Under the pieces are notes generated by a model. It worked only from the letters and a program-made list of their open reading frames with translations, was not told the DNA's origin and did no database searches. Positions 10,540 to 19,879 of a stretch of DNA of 35,003 nucleotides are shown here, one piece after another (position 1 is the first letter of the stretch; every line of letters starts with the position of its first letter). The position numbers were made by a program, and so were the translations under genes. The stretch is from positions 125,098,542-125,133,544 of the forward strand of contig NC_068982.1 of the NCBI RefSeq assembly GCF_001194135.2. Direction: 5' to 3'. Origin of the DNA: Octopus bimaculoides. Taxonomy: Eukaryota.

Positions 10540-10890
10540 CAGTTTTTTATGGTTGGATGCCCTTCCTAGCACCAACCACACCATACCACAAGGTAGACTG
10601 AGTGCTTTTTATGTGGCACCAGCACAGGTAAGGTCAGCTTTGGCATGGCTTTTTTACAACTGGGTGCCTTTCCAAATTCCAGCCATTTTATAATATGGAA
10701 TGGATGCTTTTTATGTGGCACCAGCACTGGCAGGGTCACCAAGTAACTTGCAAGACAAAAGATCTTTGAGAGGGGAGGGAGTATTAGAGGAGGTGATCTT
10801 GTGTCAGATGATGAGAATGTGACAGAGAGACAGAAACAGTTGTCTTGCTGTAGAGGAGATACATGGTTACCCAGCCAGAGAGAGAGAGAG
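10540..10890 (-). mobile_element. Family-C repeat
   Basis: GGTTGGATGCCCTTCCTAGCACCAACCAC..TTTTATGTGGCACCAGCAC (twice)..AAGTAACTTGCAAGAC..GAGACAGAAACAG..CATGGTTACC..(GA)n; reverse complement of 8737-9290 and 28168-28645. Confidence 0.8.
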
Positions 10891-12289
10891 AGAGTGATCA
10901 GAGACTTGTTATACTAATCTTCCTTGCAGTCTGACTTTTAAACAACCTAATTCTGAACATCTAATCCATTCCAGTATACAAAATTGGTTGTTAAAACAAT
11001 GTTTATACATCATGTTCTCTCTCTCTCTCTGATTAAGATAATTATCGGCTATGTTGAATACACTAATATATCATTATTATACACTGATATATTTAGACTA
11101 ATTGTACTCATCTAAGTTGCTATAGTCACAGTGGTTCAGCCATTGTACTCTATAGCCTTCTTGAGGTTCCTGTTGTATTCAATAACATTCTTGGTATTTC
11201 AAGACTAACCCTTTATTAAATCCACAGGGGTAGATTGTTCTCATTTTGTTGTCCACGACTAGGGTATTCTATTAGTCATTCTCTTACTTTTGATACCACT
11301 TTCTTGTTCCATTTAATTCAGTATATATATATATATATACATATACACACACACACTTACATGTATATGTGTGTGTGTGTGTGCACAAATACATGTATGT
11401 ATAAATTGAGTGACCCAGGAATAAAACTCATTTTAAACCAATAGGTATACATCAGCATTTAATCCTTAATACATATATTTACTATCCCATGAAATCTCTG
11501 AGTTCCTTGTGAGTCTTGGAGAGAAGTTTACATTCATTTCTACATATCTGCAAAGTTTCAATCCTGTGTCATGTCAGCTTTGAGACCCAATATTGTGAAA
11601 TGCATTGTAATTTCTTTTTCCAAGGATTTATATAACCTGTTTACATTCTTTCCCTCTTCACATGCCTTGCCTATAGATATCACCTATCATGAACCTCTTT
11701 GTCAGAATCTGAACTTCCTTGACTTTTTTTTTTCTTTTTGTAAAGAGAAGATACAGCAGTAATTTTCTATTGTCTTCTGGATTATTTAAAATTTACCTTA
11801 CTTGTCTCTTGCACTCTCAAGCTTACCCTTGAAACATAGAATGTATTTGACCCTCAAGTAAGAGGACTAGTTCACATAGCACCAGGGTGTGTCGACATAC
11901 TGGTGGGTTTGTGTGATGAAGGTCTAGGTGCCAGCCCTCCTCTGAATAATGTATGCTTGGCCAGAAGACCATCTTCTGTTAGTTGATCCATAACTAAAGC
12001 TCTTGACAGGTACTACCATCCTGGGACAGAACAGATGTAGGAGTAGTGGTGAATAAGGAATAGATCCTTTCTCCCTAAAACCTCTGAACTCCTGAGCTGG
12101 ATGTCTTGCCCAGAACTATCATTAACGTTACATGACCAAAACATCTTTGTGATCATCATCATTTTCAACATCCACTTTTCTATGCTTTCATGCGTCAGAT
12201 GGAGTTTCAGGCCATATTTCTATAGAATATCGGAAATGAACAACATTCACTTACACCAATCATGTAAAGTCAAGACAAACACAAAAACA

Positions 12290-12445
12290 AACACACACAC
12301 ACACACACACGATGGACTTCTTTCAGTTTCTTTCTACTGAATCCACTCACAAGGCTTTGGTTGATCCAGGGCTATAGTAGAAGACACTTGCCATTGATGC
12401 CATGTGGTTGGGAAGCAAATTCCTTACTACACAGCCATGCTTACA
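12290..12445 (-). mobile_element. Family-A SINE 5' half ending in (CA)n
   Basis: (CA)n then GATGGACTTCTTTCAGTTTC..AATCCACTCACAAGGCTTTGG..TAGTAGAAGACACTTGCC..GGTTGGGAAGCAA..ACACAGCCATGC. Confidence 0.75.
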
Positions 12446-13617
12446 TCTATAAAACAAAGTAATGATATTACACAATCAATGTGGTGGTATTTCCTTCTGT
12501 AGCATTCTAATACTTTTAATGCCTAAATGTTTACTCAGCTCACTTACAATCAACATATCTTTGTGTTGTTAAACTAGCATTCTACTAATGGTTTGTGGTA
12601 GGCCTGCTTAATCACAGTGCTGACCTGGAGATAATCAAAAATAACCTGTCTCCTAAATTTCCGTTGCTCAACTGACAAATTATACTCTACTCATTGTTCT
12701 TTTGTGAACATATTCTCACATTTTGTGTATGAACACATTGTCCACTTATAGAGCATTAAGTAGTTTCTTCTTATAGTCTACTAATCTTGGTGCCAAAATA
12801 ATTGAATGAATTCAGTGAATTATATCCAGGATTTCCATACTGTACTGACATAGTTTAGCAAAGCTTGCAGTCTACTATTTATATCTTATGCTCAAAACCA
12901 ATCAAATTTTAGAGTTGTTTAATGACTTGCAGGTAGCAATTGTTCATCTTTCTAAAAAAAAGTTCTGTGCATGAAAATTATAGGTTAATGTTATGTATTG
13001 TCAAAACAAATTTGTTTTTTCATCCCACATGTGGTTCATTTTAGTATTAAAATTATTAAGGCGGTTTTTGTGCATAGTGAAAGATCAGTAATAATTTCAA
13101 TAGCAGACTACAAACTGAAGTTGTCTTTTTATTTTCCTTCGCATCACTTAAATCACATACATATAAAGCATAGAATAAATGGGTTTTCATAGACATATTG
13201 GCTATGTTCCTACTATAACTGGTTGATATACTGTGTTTAAAAGAAAACTGAACACTGTAATGATTATTAATCAATGTATTAATACTTGGAGGAGGGAGTT
13301 AACAATTTTATTGCTGTTGCTACTAATTTGAACCTTTTCCATGAAGCAGAAGATTTAGATGTACTACCTTGCCAGAAATTACCTCTTTTATCTGGATAAT
13401 TATAAAGCTCCAAGCTGTAGTTTAGCTTCATCACTTAACGTTAAATGTACATATAGCTTAATTATGCTTAAAGAATCTAGTTCAGTTGCACACAGTGATA
13501 ACTAGTCTGCCAAGTGGATGCTACATAGAAATAGCAACCAAATCTTTCTGAAATCACACCCTGCCATCTTAACAAAAAACAGTAAATAAATAAATAAAAA
13601 TAATGAAATTAAATATA

Positions 13618-14005
13618 CAGGTGTGACTCTGTGGTAAGAAGTTTGCTTTCCAACTATATGGTTCCAGGTTCAGCCCCACTGCATGGCACCTTGGGTAAAT
13701 GTTTTATACTATAGCCTTGGGCAAACCAATGCCTTGTGAGTGGATTTGGTAGAGGGAAATTGAACGAAATCTGTTGCGTGTGTGTATTTTTGTCTGTGTT
13801 TGCCCCCCACCACCACTTGACCAACTGGTATTGGTGTGTTTATGTTCCTGTAACTTAGCAGTTCAGCAAAAGAGACCAATAGAATAAGTACCAGGCTTAA
13901 AAATATAAAAGTACTGATGTCAATTCATTTAACTAAAGAATTCTTCAAGGCAGTGCCCCAGCATGGCTGCAGTCTAATAACTGAAACAAATAAAAGATAA
14001 AAAAA
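13618..14005 (+). mobile_element. Full-length family-A SINE (CpG-decayed)
   Basis: GGTGTGACTCTGTGGTAAGAAG..GGTTCAGCCCC..CCTTGGGTAAA..TTGTGAGTGGATTTGGTAG..(TG)..CCCCAGCATGGCTGCAGTC..CTGAAACAAATAAAAGATAAAA. Confidence 0.85.
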
Positions 14006-14564
14006 TACATAGGACACGTAGTCATAGTTTCAGTAGTCCTTGAAAAAAGATTAGGTGGTCATTGCTGGAATATTTTTGTCTATTGGTCTGTTAGACAAGA
14101 CGTTATTTTAGAGCTAATCAACAGCCACAGTTAATTTGAAAAAGAACTACAGAAGCAGCTGCTAAGTTCAGGAAATTTTCAATTGCTTTTATTAATCTAA
14201 CTCGCATTGTAATGTAGATTTCCAGCCTAACTTATCAATAAATGAGGACACAAGAAAAGAAAAGGCAGATGCAGGAACATTCTTTGCTTGAAAATGAAAT
14301 GGTAAAGTCAGTGTTAACACAAAATAGCAGTAAGATATTTTAATTAATTAATTGATTAGAATTACACCCATAGTTAGTATCAGTAGCATATCAAGGTTTC
14401 TTTTATAGACAGACAATTTCACCCTACTCCCCTTGCAGACATCCTATTAATTGATAATGCATAATGAGCAAGAAGTAATTCTATGTCTGTGGTAATTGGC
14501 TTCTCATCTAACCCAATGGCTATGCCTTTAGTTTGGGGAAAGGATCATTACCATAATGGTAAAT

Positions 14565-14790
14565 TCTAGTGGTTAGGGTGTTGCACTTATGATCACAAGA
14601 TTGTGGTTTCAGTTTTCAGACTGGGTTGTGCATTGTTTTTGTAAAACACTTCATTTTACATTGCTCCAGTCCACTCAGCTGTCAATGAGTGACCCTGCAA
14701 TGGACTAGCATTCCTTTCAGGGGCAATGTTATTATCTCGGTCATTTATACAACATGTAAACTTGGTAACTGGCCCTATGACTTGAGGTGG
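14565..14790 (+). mobile_element. tRNA-derived SINE, family D (degenerate)
   Basis: TAGTGGTTAGGGTG..ATGATCACAAGATTGTGGTTTCAG..AAAACACTTCATTTTACATTGCTCCAGTCCACTCAGCTG; homologous to the reverse complement of 29826-30072. Confidence 0.7.
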
Positions 14791-14949
14791 TAGTGTCCAA
14801 AGACTTATTTTTGCTGCTCAATAAAGACAGAAGGGAAGACAACCCTGAAATTTTAATTAAATTCTATGTTTAATTAAGTTTTGGGGAGTTGTCTTCCCCT
14901 TGCCCTTCTTGAGTGGACATAATTATCAAGTTAATGATTACTTAAAGGG

Positions 14950-15262
14950 TATAGACCTTCTTCGGTCATGAATGACCATGGAATTGCACCTAGAAAGTTA
15001 CTCTCTGAGGCACAAGTCAGGGCAAGGTTGTTTATAGAAGACCAGCAGTCACCCACGTATACCAGCCTCCCCTTTCTACACCACTGATATTATCCAAGAG
15101 AAGGACAAAGGCCGATACAGCTTGGCACCGGTGATGTTGCAAGTCATTTCTACAGCTGAGTGAACTGGAGCAACGTGAAACAAAGTGTCTTGCTCAAGAA
15201 CACAACACAGAGCCCAGTCTGAATTCACTATGCTCGAACCACTGAGCCATGTGCCTTCACAA
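14950..15262 (-). mobile_element. Family-D SINE variant with a longer tail
   Basis: CAGCTGAGTGAACTGGAGCAACGTGAAA..GTGTCTTGCTCAAGAACACAAC..AACCACTGAGCCATGTGCC. The tail contains a GGTCATGAATGACC hairpin and GGCCGATACAGCTTGGCACC. Confidence 0.75.
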
Positions 15263-15379
15263 TGATTACTTATCCTCATCACAATTGTAATTTTAAGATT
15301 TCTCAACATACTTTACCAAATACTTTATCAATAAAGGAGTATCTTCAATCAAACTAGGTTATCTATTATATACTGTACT

Positions 15380-15895
15380 CTGTCATCATCACCAATAAAC
15401 GTTGTTTTACGGTCCTCATTTCCATGTTTGCATGGGTCAGGCAGAATTCACTGAAGCAGATTTTCTGTGGCTTGATGCCCTTCTGTCCCCAACCCTCACT
15501 CACCGGTTTCCAGGTAAGGTAAATATTTCTCCATGGCCTGATGTGTTTTCAGGGAAGATTGAAAAACGAAGGACACCACTTGTATGAGAGTGACATTTAT
15601 TTACAACTGTCACACATTGTGAAGACAAAAGGGACACTTGTACAAAGACACTCTCATACCTGCAAGTCTCACACACACACACACATATATATATACATAC
15701 ACTCCACACACACACATGCATGCATGCGTGTGCAAAAGGCATCTTCTAGTTTTCATCTTCCAAATCCACTAACAAGGCTTTGGTCAGCCTGAGGCTATAG
15801 TAGATGACCCGTGTCCTCGGTACCATGCAGTAGGACTGAACCTGAAACTATGTGATCGAGAAGAAAACTTCTGAACCACACAACCATGTCTGTGT
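15380..15895 (-). mobile_element. Chimeric SINE: family-A head + microsatellite + RTE-type tail
   Basis: Family-A head at ~15745-15895 and (CA/TA)n at ~15660-15740. The tail ends (minus strand) CCCATGCAAACATGGAAATGAGGAC..GATGATGA. Confidence 0.7.
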
Positions 15896-16079
15896 CTATT
15901 GTTACAAAGTAATTATGCCAAAACCTTTCTGACAACTTTTGTAAACACAGAGCAATTCTCCAAATATTTCTAATAGCATTTTAACATTGCCCCTCTCTCT
16001 CTCATTCTTTTTTTATTATTTTGTAATAGGGATCACTGCTAGTGTCTGGTTCTGTTTGCATAATTTTCTTTTCTTTTTT

Positions 16080-16290
16080 TTCTTTTACAGATTACTCAGT
16101 CAAATGTAATGCTTATTTATTCACATTGTTTTGAATTAACCATGCATGATCTTGTAGCTTTGAGATTTTGATGATGTGGCTATTTATTTTCAGGCTTGTA
16201 GGGTAGGTGTGAGTGGCCAGATCTGGCCAGTTCAAACATAAGACACTGAGAATATTTGATCTGGATATATCCAGATTAAATGCAAAACAG
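16080..16290 (+). mobile_element. Degenerate copy of the piggyBac-type MITE at 30759-30979
   Basis: Shares AATGC..CATTGTTTT..CTTGTAGCT.TGAGATTTTGATGA..CCAGATCTGGCCAGTT..AACATAA..GGATAT..CAG.TTAAATGC.AAA; ends are eroded. Confidence 0.6.
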
Positions 16291-16649
16291 TTGAATATGC
16301 CAGCATGGAAAAGTAGACAAAATGATGCAGTTATGTTGATAATGATATCTGGTTCATTTTTAGAAGACTCCTACACTTTCAGTTTTCTATAATAGTTATT
16401 AAACAAACAACAAACCAGTCCTGCAATGTCAGTGGAGTCCTCAATGCTAATTATTATATATCTTCATTATGTAACTCCCTATATCATCGTCAAAATCTTT
16501 AATAAGTTGTTAAATTCTGTTGTTAAACAACTTCACAGCTTCAAGTATCATGTTATTAAACTCCTCAGTTGGCACATATATAATCTTACATAATTACTTA
16601 AGTCTATAATGTCCAGCAGTTTTAATTATATCGACTGTACTATTATCTT

Positions 16650-16850
16650 CTTTTATCTTTTACTCGTTTCTATGATTGGATTGTAGCCATGCTGGGTCAC
16701 TACTTTGAAATGTTGAATCTAAAAATTGACCCCAGTGCTTGTGTTTTAAGTTTGGTACTTATTCTGTTGGCGTTTTTACCAAACTGCTAACTTACATTGA
16801 TGTAAACAAACCAACACCAGTTGTGAAGTGATGCAGGGGGAGGGTCAAAC
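16650..16850 (-). mobile_element. 3' half of a family-A SINE split by nested insertions
   Basis: TCTTTTATCTTTTACTCGTTTC..GCCATGCTGGG..GACCCCAGT..GGTACTTATTCTGTTGG..GTAAACAAACCAACACCAGTTGTGAAG. The matching 5' half is at 18950-19112. Confidence 0.75.
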
Positions 16851-16872
16851 AAAGATATATATATATATAAAT

Positions 16873-17227
16873 AAATATATATAAATCTAATATCAATATA
16901 TTATAAATTAACTATCAACAAAAATAATTGGTAAGCTCACTCAAAAAATCATCACCAAAATAGCAGAAAAAAACGACAGTGAAGGTATGTAGACTCTTCA
17001 AGAATTGATCCTTTTGATTATATTAATAATGATAAAGGAGTTACGACGCAAAAACGTATATATTCAAATGAACATATTTATCTTCAATATATATTTCAGT
17101 ATAAAGAATTCATTAAGAGACTTAATAAATCAAAATTCCTTTACACATCTTCAGAAAAAATAAATATAACACCAGAAAACTACATTCGTTTAAAAAATAC
17201 AAACCGTTCATGGCAAAAAAATTTCAC

Positions 17228-17230
<3 letters not shown>
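16873..17230 (-). mobile_element. TA-flanked, CpG-retaining insert, probably a solo pseudo-LTR of a Penelope-like element
   Basis: Bounded by (TA)n on both sides and absent from the duplicated site at 18650-18722. It contains a minimal hammerhead fold, which is the known hallmark of Penelope-like element pLTRs. No RT or GIY-YIG coding remnant was seen. Confidence 0.55.
17074..17167 (-). ncRNA. Degenerate minimal type-I hammerhead ribozyme motif
   Basis: Minus strand: stem I 5' AUAUUUAUUUUUU; core CUGAAGA (17154-17148); long stem II (U)GUGUAAAGGAAUU..AUUAAG-ucu-CUUAAU..AAUUCUUUAUAC(U); GAAA (17097-17094); stem III U-AUAU-A; cleavage triplet AUU; stem I 3' GAAGAUAAAUAU. Deviations are a U-U at the stem II base and a suboptimal AUU triplet. 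Confidence 0.7.
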
Positions 17231-17272
<42 letters not shown>

Positions 17273-17805
17273 ATATATACTTGTGTGTGTGTGTGTGTAT
17301 ACATACATTAACTTCAGAGGCATATAGTATATACACACATACATATATATGTATATATGGTTGTCTACTCGTAACAGAAGAAGACCAGAACTGACCATTG
17401 CCCATGCAAAATATCAGCAGTACTGGTGCATAACGATATTGCACCACAGTTGATGGCACCTTCCTACTTGGCTGAGGATCTGAAAGTCACCTCACCGGCA
17501 TTTGCACAACCTAAAATTTTTAGTCCAATAAGGTTTGTACAGCACCTGACTGAACCTTTCCACCTGATTGGCATGATCAGGGCAAGATATCCAGTGCCAA
17601 TATTGGTTGTAGGCTCAGGAATATGGGAGAAGTATGATCTCAAGTGCATGCAAAAGATCCCCGAAATGCTCAATGTCATTCCCTGCACATCTGGTTTTGT
17701 GTCAGAGTTAGCTTACTGAGGAGTGCCTTACTGCCAATAGTCTTCCAGCACACTGGACACCAGCCCAGAATTTCTGAGGGCCCATACTATTGATAGATAG
17801 CCGTT

Positions 17806-18639
17806 GAACCTATAGGGCTTTCCTATAAGGTGTTATCCACCCCTGATTGGGACTCTCCCGTATGACATGTACGCATGCTCAGTGACTTGCTTTAACAGTT
17901 GCAATCAGCTGAATGCACATTGCCAGTGACATTTGACATAATTACCCACACTCTGTGGTCAGGATTCTTTTTTTGGTTTGATGTCAGTATTGAAGGGATT
18001 ACCAGACACCGGACAATACAGTGAGAGCAGCTTTCACTCACATTGTGGTATTCAATGCTGTGTACGTGTCTGTCGTGGTAAAATATGNNNNNNNNNNNNN
18101 NNNNNNNNNNNNNNNNNNNNNNNNNNNNNNNNNNNNNNNNNNNNNNNNNNNNNNNNNNNNNNNNNNNNNNNNNNNNNNNNNNNNNNNNNNNNNNNNNNNN
18201 NNNNNNNNNNNNNNNNNNNNNNNNNNNNNNNNNNNNNNNNNNNNNNNNNNNNNNNNNNNNNNNNNNNNNNNNNNNNNNNNNNNNNNNNNNNNNNNNNNNN
18301 NNNNNNNNNNNNNNNNNNNNCGTCCGATACTTCAGACTTATCGTCCGATGAATTTACTTTGTTGACATTCTTCATCAACAGAATTTTTATTCCTTTCAAC
18401 CTTTCAGTCAAGTCCGCCTTTCTTCCAGTAACATACTGTCCATATAATCTTAAATATTTCTTTAACTCAGGCACAGTAAGTACTTCGATAGCTGAATCAT
18501 CAAGCTGCTTTATATCCATGATAAGACGTAAAACAATAACAATGGCGTGGGTTAGCCTCCGGAAGTTTAATTATCTACATGGAGCGCCGCCTAGCCAAGG
18601 GAGATAACCTACTTATAGGAAAGCCCTATACTAGGTTCA
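17806..18639 (-). mobile_element. Non-autonomous DNA transposon with TIRs carrying a SAP + SWIM-type ORF remnant (PHIS/ISL2EU- or Kolobok-like accessory gene)
   Basis: Perfect 19-bp inverted repeat: TATAGGGCTTTCCTATAAG (17811-17829) / CTTATAGGAAAGCCCTATA (18612-18630). It extends imperfectly to TGAACC/GGTTCA outside and GTTATC/GATAAC inside. Confidence 0.75.
17896..18519 (-). pseudogene. SAP-domain / SWIM-like zinc-finger ORF remnant interrupted by an N-gap
   Basis: Before the gap: MDIKQLDDSAIEVLTVPELKKYLRLYGQYVTGRKADLTERLKG (SAP: LTV.ELK..LR..G..VTG.KADL.ERL). After the gap, from 18086 in a frame missed by the ORF track: IFYHDRHVHSIEYHNVSESCSHCIVRCLVIPSILTSNQKKNPDHRVWVIMSNVTGNVHSADCNC*. This resembles the V.PS...H.VWV....G.V.SA.C.C lead-in of SWIM fingers. 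Confidence 0.7.
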
Positions 18640-18949
18640 TCTGTCCTTTTGATGCGGGGGGAGGGATCAAACATAAAGATATATATAAATACTTGTGTGT
18701 GTGTGTATACATACATTAGCTTGTGAGGTCACTTGTGAGGTCTCTCATGAGTGCTGCTGGTAATATGGAATCTAGTACGACATTGCAAGTCAACTGCGAC
18801 TAAACTGCCCCCTCCCTCATCTAGGCTTACCTACTGAGTGGGGTTGCTACAAATACCCACGTGACTACAAACAAGACCTATCAAATGGGCATATGATCCT
18901 AGTGTGGGTTCAACAACTATCTAGCAATGTGTACACACAAACAGATACA

Positions 18950-19112
18950 TATGTATATAGGACAGACTTCCACAAAATTTCTATCTACCAGATTCACTCA
19001 CAAGACATTGATTAGCCTGGGACTAGAGAAGACACTTGCCCAAGGCACCATGTAGTGGGATTGAGCCCAAAACTATTTGGTTGCAAAGTAGGCTTCTTAA
19101 CTACACAAGCAA
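18950..19112 (-). mobile_element. 5' half of the split family-A SINE
   Basis: TTTCTATCTACCAGATTCACTCACAAGAC..GAAGACACTTGCCCAAGGCACCATGTAGTGGGATTGAGCCC..GGTTGCAAAG..CTTCTTAACTACACAAGC. Confidence 0.75.
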
Positions 19113-19589
19113 TGCATTCAAATTATTGTTTTAATTTATAGTGTAAAGTACACTGCTAAGTCCTCTGCCAATAAAAATTCTATTCAAATGTTCCCTTATT
19201 TCAATGTAAAGAACAAATTATTATGTCCAGTTTTCCATGTTTGCATGGGTCAGATGAGTCCTCTTCAGCACATCATCCCACCACTTGTTACATTCCATTG
19301 TCATCTCTTTCATGAGATTCTGCTTCTGGAGATCATCCATCTACCCATATCTTTCTTGGTCTTTCTTTTACATTGGATCCTTCAATATGAATCTTCAAAC
19401 ATTTCTTTCCCTGATTGTCATCATCCATACACATGTGTCCATACAAGTTTAGCCATCATTCTTGCATTTTACATTTGGTTCCTCCAATTGCCAGTTCTCT
19501 CAGCTCATCTATGCCTTGTCATTCATGTACAGTAATGTTACAGAACTCATTCAGAGGGTCGTGCTTCCCTTGTTTCTTTCCAGTCTCTG

Positions 19590-19875
19590 TTTCACTTCAA
19601 TCACGATTTTCTTCTTCTTTGACTTCCTTTTACTTGTTTCAGTCATTGGACTGCAGTCATGCTGAGGCACTGCCTTTTAAGGGTTTAGTCAAACACATGA
19701 ACCCCAGTACTTATTTTTAAACTCTGGTACTTTTGATTTCTCTTGCTGAACCCCTAAATTGCAGGTAGGTAAATAAATGAACACTGGTTGTCAAGTGGTG
19801 AGGGGACCCCCCCCCCCNNNNNNNNNNNCACACACACAAACACCACACACACACACCACACACACACAGAGGTTT
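19590..19875 (-). mobile_element. Family-A SINE 3' half plus (CA)n
   Basis: CTTTTACTTGTTTCAGTCATTGGACTGCAGTCATGCTG..ACCCCAGTACTTATT..ACACTGGTTGTCAAGTGGTG..(CA)n. The head is missing and Tigger sequence follows directly. Confidence 0.75.
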
Positions 19876-19879
19876 ACAC

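Noticed and set aside
17850-17895. Frameshifted ACVHV as the C-x-H half of the SWIM finger
   Set aside because: It needs a frameshift and a stop, and overlaps subterminal GCATGCG/CCAAT motifs. An internal deletion breakpoint after DCNC explains it equally well.
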